DNA from: Xylographa opegraphella
Taxonomy: Eukaryota
Assembly: GCA_022813865.1 (NCBI GenBank)
Contig: JALDZX010000066.1
Span: 62,001-103,796 of the forward strand
Length of the DNA stretch: 41,796 nucleotides
Direction of reading: 5' to 3'
The translations under genes were made by a program, and so were the position numbers. The notes below the pieces were generated by a model that worked only from the letters and a program-made list of their open reading frames with translations, did no database searches and was not told the DNA's origin. Positions 1 to 11,984 of the stretch are shown here, piece after piece (within the stretch, counting starts at the first letter, position 1; the number at the start of each line of letters is the position of its first letter).

Positions 1-573
1 CCACGAGCTTTCGTTTCCTCACCAAGGTGCTGTCCAAGCTCTTGGATGAGGGCTGTATTCCACGTTGCGGCCAGTGAAACTCCGCAGGGAAAGAGCGCTG
101 CCTATCAAGGGTCAGTAGAATGCTATGGAACAGGAATGGCATATCATATACCGGTGTACCATCAGTGAAGAAAGCTCCTCGAGCCCCGTTGGGCCCATCA
201 GTCGTCTTCAAGGAAGGAATCTTTTTGCCTGGAATGGCCACAGTCCTCCAGAAATCTGCGCCAGCGAGCAGTGAGATCTGGGGTCCGTCAGCAGTCTCCT
301 CCACATTGAGCACGGTTGCACAACCTGTTCTTCCAAAGTGAGCCCAGCTACGATGCGGCGAGCACGGTCCCTCGGATCCGAGTCATCGACCATCTTTTGA
401 CCGGTCATCTTGAAGCTTGGGTGTGCCTTGGTGGTAGAGCTGCCACTCGACTTCTCCGGCGCGGATGCATGGCCGTTGGGTGTGGGGTGACTTATGTAGC
501 CGTTGGTGGTAGGTGAACTATCCTGTGCTGCAAGAGAGCCCGAGTCTCCTTGGCCTACTTCTGCGGGAGGCAT
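1..573 (-). CDS. Glycoside hydrolase family 3 beta-glucosidase, 5' part (gene continues beyond the left edge)
   Basis: Exons 573-325, 277-152 and 101-<1, with GT-AG introns 324-278 and 151-102 (CTGAC branch sites). Spliced product ...[40 protein letters not shown]...AALFPCGVSLAATWN...GEETKARG is the typical GH3 N-terminal barrel ([18 protein letters not shown]). No signal peptide, so probably intracellular. Confidence 0.93.
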
Positions 574-1416
574 CACTGGACAATCCGAGAGAGGAGCGGT
601 GCTTGGAGGCGACGACAGATTGAGTTACGGACGGATGACGGCTTGACGGCCAGCGAGAAGAGGTTGGGAAAGCCATGAGCCAGGGCTCTGCACGAATTAA
701 AGTAAGCGGTAGGCGGAAGATCTTGATAGCATCTAATCTACAGATCAGCGTTCTTTGCGGTCCCGAGAGCGTGTGCGTCCCGAAAGTTACCTAGGCCCGG
801 TACCGGTTAAGTTTTGAGGCAGGCAGTGGGATTTTGCGGATACGGCATTCCGTACGTGTGAAGTGTGTCCACATACGACAACGCGCTGATCCAGGCTTGT
901 GGGGTTTTATTCGCGGAGAAGTCACTGGGTGCCTGAGAGGGTGGGGAGGGGGTGCGGCTATGCGGATGCGGGGGCCGAAGTCTCGCCAACGTTCGAGATG
1001 GACTTAAGCACAAAGGCCGGCTGGACTGACCAATGCCAAGGACATCGGCCCGGGTTCGGGTAAATCCCGGTAGAAGTCACGACTCACGCCCGTGTTCCTC
1101 CTGTCAAGAGCATGTAGTGTGTCGATGCATGTTCGACAACTTGAGAGCTGAGAATAATAGAATAGCAATTCCCACACTCACCAAAGGAACACCCGTTTCT
1201 CCCTTGTCATTGGGACGTGGAAGCCCCAGGATGGCTCGATGGCAGCCGCTCCTAGCTCGCGGGCACCAGCAGGGCTCCCATCCGCCCTCGCGTCAGCTCT
1301 TAGTAACACGCAAGGGATGCTGCTTCCATGCCCGAATTGGCCCGGAGTTGGTCGGAGGAAGCGGAGTGCGGAGCATGTCCGCCGAAGCTTCCTTCTCACC
1401 CACATGACCACATCAG

Positions 1417-2222
1417 ATGGCGGAGGACGACAACGACCGTGAGGCTACCGAGTTGGGCGAGCAACAATCACCTTGTCGTGCGCAGAGTTCAAATCCCAAT
1501 GGATTGGAAGTTGCTGCCCACGGTCGGCCGACGGTACAGCCCCGGCAGAAAGAACAGCATGCGTTGAAGAAATTCTGGAAGCGGCAGGTATCTGTCTCCG
1601 TTGACCATGAGGCATGTAGAGACCATTTTGGTATGTTTTTTGGCCTGCTCCCTTATCACGCGATTGTTTGGACCAGGGTTGAGGGTCGAGCTCCTTTACT
1701 ATTGGTCCATTTTGTGCAAGCTGCATTTGGTGTTCTAAAGGACAGAGCGGGATCCAAGTTTATCGTTCAACTTGTAATCAATGTTTTTCGATTACCTGCG
1801 TGACTGATAGTGACCCAGCGCTGGAGCGGACGTACTTGGGTTACATGAGAACTTCTACGGTCTTTGCAACTATAGGGGTTACCATTGCCCAACTCTTTCG
1901 CTTGAAAAGTGAAGGAGCCATTAACCCGCCTCTTGGATTCTTCGCTCTCGGAATCCCACTGGCATGTGTTTTCATAGGATGTGCCTTGGTCGTCACTCTT
2001 GTTGGTTCGTGGAGGTTTTGGAGGCAGCAGAATGCTCTTGCAAGGGGCAAGATACATGCCGGAGGTTGGGAGATCAGTACAGTGGCGACGATCACACTTG
2101 TTGTAGGTGCACGATCCTAATTTATTCTCGAATGCCAAGCGAGACACTGATGTAGACTGTAGCTTGTTATCACACTACTGGCCCTCATACTTGCAGCAGA
2201 AACTATTGATGCAAGTGACTAG
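1417..2222 (+). CDS. DUF202 (YidH-like) small membrane protein
   Basis: Exons 1417-1630, 1819-2102 and 2163-2222. Splicing gives ...CRDHFALERTYLGYMRTS..., the DUF202 signature A.ERT.L..MRT, followed by three hydrophobic segments. The last acceptor (2162 versus 2155) was chosen because it gives a hydrophobic helix. Confidence 0.85.
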
Positions 2223-3265
2223 GTATGGCCGCCCAATTCAGTCATTGGCAGGGGGTCGATACATTGTCGAGAACTGCCATGGCTCTCGCTTCAACCATTT
2301 GCTTGTCCTGCCTTCAGGATCAACAACCGAGCATGAGAATTTCAGTGCGGCTATTGGAGTTGACGAGAAGCAAAACACAGCCAATTCATATTTGCGACAC
2401 ACACTAATAGCGCTGCTTATCGCTAATGCTCTGGGGACTGCAAAGATGCCGGCCATCACTGTTGTGCGAGTGCTTACAGGGCTTAGCGACCTGATTATGA
2501 AGGCATGAGGCCATGTGACCCGCTTGCATGTTTAGCAGACCTAGACAAGGACGGCTACCTATGATTCGTACGATTCAATCAGCCTCATCTTCCAAGAAGA
2601 ATTTCGGAGCTGCGGCGCGTGGTTCCTCACAGCCAAACACCTTGACGAGTATGTGAGGTTACAAAAACGGAGGATTGAGAGAGTAGGTCCAGGATACTGT
2701 TCGACAGGCATGTATATAGCTACCTCAGCCAAAGTACCAGGGAAGCGGACGTTGAGAAACGTAAGGAATACCTTGCCTGCTGTCTCTTCGTCCTTCGATC
2801 AAACTTTGGGTCTATCGCTGTCGTACGGAGTACCGCAACTCACTACAAGATGTTGCCGCGGAGGGCCTCGAACACTGGCTTAGCCTCATTAGGTGACCGT
2901 CCAAACCCGAAACAGTAACGCGCCTCGCTAAGTCGTATGGTGCTAATACATCGTCACGTTGTGCCAGACCACCATGGATGAAGATACTGGATAATCGAGG
3001 ACATTATAGCCAATGATCAAGTAGGATCGTTGGCGGCTACGTTTGGAGTTAAAGAACCAGGTCTCCGAAGCTTGTACAGATGCAATCATGTCGGCGCTAT
3101 AGGTTAACTCTCGCTGAGGAATAATCCTCGAGCGCGAGAGGAACCACAGACCCTTCAGGATACGCTGAAAAGGTGTCACTCTTCTGTCCAGATCTCATTA
3201 CGCGACATGTATGTGCCGTATTCTCAAAGAAAATAGCATGGAAAGGGTCGGGCAAAAAAGTATGC

Positions 3266-4420
3266 TCAGTGGTGACGCGATGACTCGCTGCTTTCTTCTA
3301 TTTGCCTATTTCTGATATCGTCTCCCCGAGCAAATGCTTCTTCTTTTTCTTTCTCAAGCTCAAATTCAAGTTCCTTGGATCGATTACTCCAGTACTCGCC
3401 ATCTATTCCCGCTTCTGCTCCACCTTGTAACCAGCTAGCCACTTCGTTCTCCGAGACCTCTCGTTCTTTCAATTTGATCAACCACGCCTCCAGTCTGTCA
3501 GCGCCCCCGAAACAGAGCCCAAACCCATCACAATAGCATGTATTCATCCTCGGACACAATTGAGCCTGTCTGGAGAAGAGATACTGCCACGAATGTTCCA
3601 TCACTCGCCCAGAGTGCTCGTCTTCCAAAGAGGTCGTCAACAGCCAATCCCGGATGTGGACATATTGGCTGAGTGGATTAAGGCGGATTCGTTATTTGGA
3701 CACCGCAAACTGCGCGCAACATGGCTGGGACACGACGGGCGAAATACGCTCGGACGGGAATATCTCCTTCCAGACTTGCTTTGTGAAAAACTTCTCTTCC
3801 CCTTTCTTGAACAAGTCCCAGTCCACCTCGGGTCGATCTAGATGCAGCCAGTCTGGACATCCAGGATCGAGATGGCAGCGGGTATTGAAGTAACCCACAC
3901 AAGCAACGCGATCATCGCTCAGGCGCCGAATCACCTGCGCATTGTCGGTGCCCAGCAGACCGTTGATATGTCATGCATAGCGGTGCGAATGGAAGAACAT
4001 GGTCATGTCCGACAGATTGTCATAATGGTCGATGATGTACGTGAGATACACCATAGCTTCGTGCCCCTTGTTGGCTGGCACCCGATAGCGCGCGGACGGG
4101 TCGTCAACGACGTATATCGTCGTCGCCAGGTCCGGGTACTCCTCCTCGATCCACGGCTTCTCCTGATCCTTCAACCGACCCGCCACAAGCGTTCGGGTAT
4201 AGACAGCGCCGAGCGGCTTTGCTCGTCCAACGTCGAAGAGCGAGGCGCTGCTAGGAGGGTGGTGTGATTGAACGTGCTCCGTCCCGCGGTGGGGGCAAGC
4301 TGACCCCGTCATCACGGGCCGGAAGCGCTTGGGAACCCCATAGCAGAAATACCAAGCGCTGCAATAGATAACGAAGCACGCGAACGCTGTAGGGAGTGTA
4401 TGTCTGCGCAGCGACGACAT
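3266..4420 (-). pseudogene. DUF3431 family gene interrupted by two in-frame stop codons
   Basis: ORFs 4420-3971, 3934-3692 and 3640-3266 share one frame and join into 385 codons. The product has an N-terminal signal anchor and the DUF3431 motifs PANKGHEAMVYLTYIIDHYDNL, FFHSHRYA*H, GYFNTRC..DPGCP, QPCCAQFAVSK*RIR, SGRVMEHSWQYLF and CYCDGFGLC. Stops are TGA at 3973-3971 and TAA at 3694-3692. No frameshift, and no intron that would remove the stops. Confidence 0.85.
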
Positions 4421-5398
4421 TGCAGTTCACAAGGTCCCCGATACAATGCGGCGCGTACTGGAAAGGATAGCGAGAACCGCACGAAGCAGCAGGATATATG
4501 ACACGACAAAGCGGGAAGGGGGGGTTCGATCCATAATCCGACCACACGAATGCTTTGAAATTGCGGTACCATGTATGAAAAGGGATACGGCCCAGTGGTG
4601 AATATGTAAACCACCCGTTCGGGAGGCATGGAGATTATTTCAGTTTCAGACAACGCCGTTTCATCTTTTCTCCTCACAGCACCTACCTACCGGTCCAGCT
4701 CCCCATCATCCACCCCCCCTTGCATCATCCCTGCAGCTCTTGACAGGTCACACGATCGGATCCCACGAGGCGCCCCCAGCTGTCCCACGACCTGCCATTG
4801 TAGTCGCCTTGCCTTGAACTCAGACTACTTGCGCTGTTCTGCCCTAAATGATGCTTTCCCAAAACCGTGCAGATCATCGCCTGCAATGATTCCCACATCT
4901 CATTCCTTTCCTGGCCTCCTTACTGCTGCAACCGTGTCTCCCTAATCGCGCTATGCGTGACGGAGTCCGAACATCTGATCTAGACCTGTCGGTGAGCGAG
5001 CGGCAGGGCGGCTTGGGAAAGGGGTGTGGGTTGCTTGAGAGGAGAGGGATTATCGGATTGTGAGGGCGCAGTTGAGTAGTGGATTTGGTGAGATGGCGAG
5101 GACGGCAGGGCAGTGAGATGGGGAGGAGAGGGACAAAACGGAGGGAGGCAGTATTGGTTTTGGTATGGACATGAGAGCCGAAAACGGGACTGGTTTTATT
5201 CATGGTGTGGATGGACGAGGTGGGAAAGAGCATAGACCGCAGACAGCGATTATACAAGGGTACCCATTATATAATTCGTAAACTCGCTACTGTGCTTTCG
5301 CCCATTTTGGCACAGTGACCCAGGTACCAACCAGAAAATCCTAATATTGTGAACGGCCGGGAGCTGAACCACACCATATGATGGCTACAGTTGAATGT

Positions 5399-7369
5399 TC
5401 AGTGCGTATGCCCCTGCCCCTGCCCCTGCCCAGAATCGTTGCTGTCGGGGTCGCTCGTGCCCGGTGCACAGCATTGCGTCTCGTTCCCACACTCGTCACC
5501 GCACTCGAGCAGGCAGGCGTCCTGGGTGCTCCTCATGCTTCCGGCTTTGCTCGCGTTTTTACTGGCACCTTTCGGACTTTGTTGGACACCATTCGCGGTT
5601 TCGCCGGTGACATCGCCGCTATTAGATGCTGACCCTGAAGTATGGCGATGCTCGCTGTCTAGGCAAAATTCGGGTTGGATGGTAGACGAGTGGATGCCGT
5701 ATTCATGTAAGCAGTGGCGAACTGCGACCGCCAGCTGCATGTAGCGTGCAGAGCCTTCGCCTTTGAAATCGAATTCGATTTCAATGTGGAGTGAGGCAAC
5801 CATTTTGGTGTCGCTGAGTTGCCAAACGTGTAGATGGTGACAACTGAGGATACCGGGCAGTTTTTCTATGTCTTCCTTGATCTCGTCGACGCTGATGCCA
5901 GCTGGTACAGCTTGTAGAAGGATGCGAGATGCGGCTCTGCAGAGGGGAATCGCCGAGCCGAGAATAATGATAGTTATGATGAGGGAGATGGCGGGATCGG
6001 AATAATATCTCCACGAGTAGTCGGTAAGCCAGATGATAAGGGCTGATGCAATAACGCCAATGTTCCCCAGTGCATCGCCCATTACGTGGAGAAAGACACC
6101 ACGCATGTTCAGATCCCCATGCGAATGACCTGAATTCTCGGATGCTTTCTTAGGCTGACTGTGGTTGTGGCTTGCATGCCACGAAGCATTGTTTTTGATC
6201 GCGCCCTTTCCATGAGATGTAGATCGTCTGTGCTTGGAAGATGTACGGCTCTTAGATCGTCCGAGAAATGGCGTATCCTCTGTTGGGTCTTGATCTTCTT
6301 CCTCAACAGCTTCTCCTTCTTCGGATTCTGTCCCAGTGGCGGAATCTATATCGTCAAGCTTGCTAGCAGCGATGATTTCATTTCGAAAGCTTGCAGGATG
6401 AATATGAATGTCATCAACACTCCCAAAGCGTGCCCTAGATGAACTTGTGTGTCGTCGGTGACGTTTTACAGTACCATTACCGTTCGACTTCCTCACGGAG
6501 AGAGGTGAACTGCTTGGAGCAGCCGTCGAGTCATCTTCGTCACTTCGGGTGAAGTGCTGAGATACTCCCTTGCCATGCCCGTCGACCGTTTCCGAACCGT
6601 CTTCAGCCATGGGTTGCGTCTTCGGCCATCCCGCAATGGTACTTTGAGGTAACACATCGGCTATATTACCCCCTTGGTCCGCGATAGCACTTGTATGGAG
6701 ATCGGTATGGCTGTGGCCTTCCTCTGCTGCAGATGTGTCTCCTTCCTCTCCATGCGCGTGCCCGTGATTATGGCCAGCTCCTCCATGGCTGTGACCATGC
6801 TCGTGGAACAGAAATAGTCCCAGAATATTGGACAGAAGTCCGAAGCAGCCGACTATCAGAACGAGCATTGGATTCGAGACCACTTGAGGTTCGACAAATC
6901 GCTGTATGGCTTCGAGGAATATAGATAGACAAAGCGCAACAAGAAAAACACCGTTTACCAGGGCGCCCAGCGTTTCTGCTCGTTGCCACTATAGAAATTA
7001 ACGGGTGCGTTGCGCGAATGTCATCCAGTGACATACCCCATATGTATACATCTTTGAACTCGTCTTCTGATTCGCCACTTTGACCGCCCATAACCCGACA
7101 CATAATGAAAGCACATCGTTTAGCTTTGCACCCATGCGTTAGTAGTGCTTCCAGGCTCTGGAAGGAAAGGCGAACCATATGAAAGGAATCCGCCACAAGA
7201 GCAAGCGAGTGTACGGCATATCCTGGAAAGGACAGAGCGTTAGCTATCGTGCGAAATTTCTGAAGTCGCCTGTATTTTTGAGTCCCTTACCGACGATAAG
7301 TTCTAGAAAAAAGAAGGCACTGTCAATTCCTAGCAAAATCGTTATCCGCGTCGATTTGGATAACCCCAT
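5399..7369 (-). CDS. ZRC1: Cation diffusion facilitator zinc/cadmium resistance transporter (Zrc1/Cot1, ZnT1-like)
   Basis: Exons 7369-7291, 7222-7176, 7123-7037 and 6988-5399. Product contains MGLSKSTRITILLGIDSAFFFLELIVG, SLALVADSFHMLND, YTYGWQRAETLGALVNG, His-rich loop HEHGHSHGG, LNMRGVFLHVMGDALGN and HHLHVWQL. These are CDF motifs. Confidence 0.95.
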
Positions 7370-8071
7370 TTCGTCCTCGGGAGCGCGTGTGCTCGAGGTG
7401 ACTCGCTGTTTAATTATCTGCTAGATTGAGTGTAGGTCACCGTGGCAGAACTGGTGTGGAGATATCTTGAGATAACAAATACATGATAGGATGTGATTCA
7501 GCTGTTTGCACGAACTACACAGCTGACAGATGGGTCGATGCCGTATTCTGAGGTCTCGGATGACGACAGATTTACTTGTGCGTTGCCGCCGACGCAGTTG
7601 TTCACGGGCGGCTGAGGGATGATTCTATTTTCTACCTTGTGCTTCATATATCAACCTACAACATACAGCTTTTGACCGAGACGATAGTTATCCTCAAGAT
7701 CTCCAAGCTGCCATGAGACTTCTGTTGTAGAGATCGCTGCATAGACCCCGAATGTCACGTAAGAGTACCCTATATATTCTACAGGGGCGATATGTATAGG
7801 GGCAAGACATCGTAACTGTCCACTGTTCGGGAGCTAATGGCCCCCCCGGGCGGAAAGGTCCTTGAGCAAGCTAAAATGGCTTCCGTCGCCATTCATGCAC
7901 CCTCTCGCAGGGAGGCAGGCTCCAGAGTGCTAAAGCACATAAGTAATTCAGCAGACTGATGCTACATCTTCAATTATAATAGATCAAATGGTGGTGTCCG
8001 GACTCTGAGATCGCCTGCCAGCAGCGACTATCAGTTCCTCTCCTTCGAAATGTGTATGCCAACGAAATCAC

Positions 8072-10188
8072 ATGAAGATGACTTACATCCCATATGACAA
8101 TCAGCAATACTCGCGGAAATCTCACGACGAGTCAGCTGGCTCGGCGCAGTTTCTTTACGATGGTCTCTCGCAAGAAGTCCAAAGATTGATTACCCAGCCT
8201 CATACTATCCTCGACCAAAAGACTCGTGAGAGATCTTTTTTTATACTGAACGTTTCGTTTCAACAGCTACGGCACTTCCTTAGGCCCTCTCGGACCAAAC
8301 TCGGGCTCATCTTGATATGGCTCCTGGTTCTGTGGTGGGGCGAGAAGCGTGTATTTAGGAGCAGCATTGAGATTTGCCAGTGGGATACATGGGAGGCATG
8401 GGTACGCCGCGAAAGCACTGTTAGATTTCGTACAAAGACTGACAGTACTACCTCCAGCCTCCCGCCGTCACTCCTCACCATGTCGTCCTTTTAGCAGATC
8501 CTCAACTTGTTGATCCTCATACATATCCGGGTCGGCCTTGGCCACTTTCTACCTTCACTGTATGGCATACCGATTTGTATATGCGAAGGGCTTTTTCGTC
8601 TTTGCAGCAGACACTCCAACCGGAAACTGCATTTTTCCTCGGCGATTTGTTTGATGGCGGTCGTGAATGGGCGACTGGGAAGGACAAGCAAGCAGATTTA
8701 CATTTCAAAAATTACGACACAAGATATTGGCTGAAGGAGTATGCTCGGTTCAGCAGGATTTTCCTTGACAGGTGGACTACTAGACAGCCTACAGACAACC
8801 CGTTGTTACAGAGAGGGAAACTCATAGCAAGTCTCCCCGGTAATCACGATTTAGGGATTGGCAATGGTATACCGTTATCAGTCAGAAGCAGGTTCGAGAC
8901 CTTTTTTGGCAAGGGAAATCGTATCGATATCGTTGGTAATCATACATTCGTCTCAGTGGATAGCGTTTCCTTGAGTGCCAAAGGTCAAGCTCAAAGTGAC
9001 AATACACGACACGTCCCAGGGCAACAGCCGAACCAAGAAATATGGGAAGAAGCCGATGACTTCTTGTCACATATATCCGAGAGAAAAGCCACTGCTCTGA
9101 TTAGAGAATTACGTACCAGGGCTGGAAAATTGGAAAATCCATTGCAGAATCACACTGTCCGGGACATAGGCGATCCCCTTGTGCGTGATGTGGCTCACAT
9201 TGCTGCTCCTAGTAATTCTTCAGAATTACCAACCATTCTGCTGACCCACGTACCGCTTTACCGATCTCCTGGTACTCCTTGCGGCCCGCTCAGAGAGCGA
9301 TGGCCACCGTCCACGAACGTGGACGATGCGGCGGAGCCACTGGCTACAGATGAACGGAACGCAATATCCGTGTCTGCCGGTTACCAATATCAGAACGTTT
9401 TACAACCAGACCTTTCAAAGGAACTCATTGAGAAGATCGGTCATGTTCAACATGTGTTTTCCGGCGATGATCATGACTATTGTGAGATTGTGCACCATGG
9501 GTATACGTCGAAAGGCGGCGGTGTGCGGGAGATCACAGTAAAATCGTTTTCTTGGGCCATGGGGGTCAGAAAACCCGGCTTTCTCATGGTCAGTTTGTGG
9601 AACCCTATCGATGAGAATGGCATCAATCTCAGCGCTTCCGCGAGTGACCGTGCAAGTCCAAGTCTGCAAACGCACCTATGCCTCCTACCTGATCAGTTGA
9701 GGATATTTATTCGCTATGGTTTGCTACTCGCGCTAACGCTATTCATCCTCGTTGTTCGAGCATTCATGTGTGAATATCGTGACCAACGCATCCGTGACAG
9801 CGTCGACCAACGCAATTTTCCATCCGATAAATATGAGACCTCGACCCTGGCATATGACGCGAGGGATGGCGTCGGCCCAGACAGGGGTACTTCGAGTTCA
9901 AACTTTTCGACTGAGAGCTACCAGTATGGTCTAGCCGCAAGGTCTTCCGCCGGCCGCCCCCGGAGCGCAAGCCCAATTCATGGGTATGGGATGCCCGAAA
10001 GCGGGAGTATCTACAGTATGACACCGGCGTCGAAGAAGATCCTCGGTCCCAGCACACACGAAACCGCTCGACCGCGGCCGCCAGTCGAAAGGGGAATGCG
10101 AGCTGTCTGGCGCGAGTTCAAGCAAAGCACGATGCAGGTTGCCGCCATTGGCTTACTTTGGTATGCCTGGCTTGCATATACGAGTTGA
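8072..10188 (+). CDS. CDC1: Cdc1/MPPE1(PGAP5)-type metallophosphoesterase (GPI remodelling, Mn homeostasis)
   Basis: Exons 8072-8401 and 8458-10188 (intron 8402-8457). Motifs ADPQLVDPHTYPGRPWPL, LGDLFDGGREW, LPGNHDLG, LLTHVPLYR, FSGDDHDYC and SFSWAMGVRKPG, plus N- and C-terminal hydrophobic helices. The start could be 8072 or 8078. Confidence 0.92.
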
Positions 10189-11984
10189 AGAGTATTCATG
10201 TATGGAGACTTGCGCGGCACTCACCACGGGTCTCACATGGATACAGCCGGTATCGGAAAGGCCTTTGCCCACCCCAGCCGAACGACTGCAGCTGAGGATG
10301 GCGCGAGATGGAAGCTTCCAGGAGATTGGCAGAAGCAATGGACGGATGGGCGCGCATATAGGCGCCTCTCCGCCAAGGCCATGCGCTGCATCTGCGCCGT
10401 TCTGGGCACTCTGGACAAGGATGCGGGGAAGCCGGGCACTGTCGACGAAAGCACGCACAGCGATTCCTCAGGTCAGCCAGCAGTCAATGGCAATGCCTGG
10501 GGTAGGATGCAGCCTTGGGGGACAGCAGTTGTCTTGCAATTGAAGGATAAGAAAAAGCTACGATCCGCATGGAGATTCTTCGGAAGTGGCCTGCTAGGAA
10601 AGCTACCTTATATAGTCAATATATGACCGTAAAGCGGTCCAGACGCGCTTCCTCCGTCCGGAAGCGGCCCACCCACCGGCCTTGGCAGCGGTGATCGTGC
10701 CTCCCGTCTTCAACGAACGTATCTGAATCTCGCCCGACCCGCATTCGGGACCACGGCCTTCCCCGTTGTTGAGGCTGTGGATCATCCTCGGACCCACCAC
10801 AGAGCCCAGGTACCCGCCAAGCTGGTTGCAACGAAGGGTTCGAGATCGGGAAACACGACAGCCACAACGGGTTCACGTGTGCCTCATCCGGATGTGTTCC
10901 CGGAACCCAACTCTGCGGGGGAAAAGGGTAAGCCAGCTATTAGTAATGGGAAAGGCTATATCTTTCTCCGGAAGCCGTAGAGCCCCGGAAGCAAGCCGTG
11001 GTTCAGGAGTGGAGCGCGTACTGTATACCACCATCACAGGTGACCTTGGGGTCTCGCCCACACATTGCAGGCTTTATATGTAATATAATGTATAACCACA
11101 CTGTCAGCATCAGGCTGTGACATGCCTCGAACACGACACAGAAACCCAGTTGGTGTTTACCGACCGGCGTTGTGACGTAGGCCGGTCATGGTAGCATCGT
11201 GCAACCGAACAGAGGCTTAAACTACCGTCGGCACAATAGAATACTCGAAAGAAGAAAGCGTTCTCGGCTCGTAACCGTTGTCTTTGATTTCCCGGTACGG
11301 AACCGGAGCCGGGACGGCCGCTAGACCACGTTCAGCGATCACTGCCACATGGGGGCTAACCCCGGAGCTTAGCGCTCGCTAGCGCTTGGTGCCGACGGAC
11401 ACCAACACCTCGACGCTGCACTTCCAATATTCGCTCGCAATTTCGTTCCAATAAACAGTGCACGAGTGCCACGGGCACGACCTCCACTGTGCCATGGTAT
11501 GGCGTTGCACTTCGGATGGAGAGCCTTCCATCGTTGCGCTGGAGGACTGCCGGGAGGCTTCCTCTCCTACCCACACTCCCTTCGCCGGCCTCACATCCCT
11601 ACCCAAGACTGAGGCGTTGCCGTTAACGCCCTCACACCGTCGCTGATGTTTCTCCTACGCTTGGCTGGGCGTGGAAGTCATGGCTCCCTTCAACGTGTGG
11701 AGAGGCGATCGAGACCAGCCTGGATGCCCTGGTCCTCGACTTAACTTCTCGTGTGGCCTAGTCTGGCCGTTTCCACATGGTGCCTCAAGTGGAACCATGG
11801 GGATACCTCATCCGCTTGCTTTCCGGTCGGGGTGTCTATATATCTCACCCCGCCAGTCTCTCACTGTTCCCCCGTCCATCAGCGTCCTCATTCATTTTCA
11901 CACTCATTTTCTCATTTACAAGTACAATCACTCTTTGTTGTACCTTTCTTGCTTTCAATAATCACGCTCGTTCTGCCTACCACC

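Noticed and set aside
1057..1070. CGG-N8-CGG (AmyR-like) site and CreA-like SYGGRG words upstream of the GH3 gene
   Set aside because: Short, GC-rich motifs occur often by chance here; unsupported without conservation data.
2223..3265. Short ORFs between the DUF202 and DUF3431 loci, possible gene relic
   Set aside because: I translated several frames and found no recognisable motif or coherent architecture.
3971..3973. Selenocysteine or alternative genetic code as the explanation for the in-frame TGA
   Set aside because: The position corresponds to Trp rather than Cys, the second stop is TAA, Dikarya are not known to use Sec, and TGA terminates other genes in this window normally.
10190..11980. 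Many short ORFs, a GGTTCGA word and a small hairpin (CGCTTCC/GGAAGCG) between CDC1 and the WSC gene
   Set aside because: No tRNA cloverleaf, no consistent coding signal or splice structure. Best explained as CDC1 3'UTR plus a long WSC promoter.
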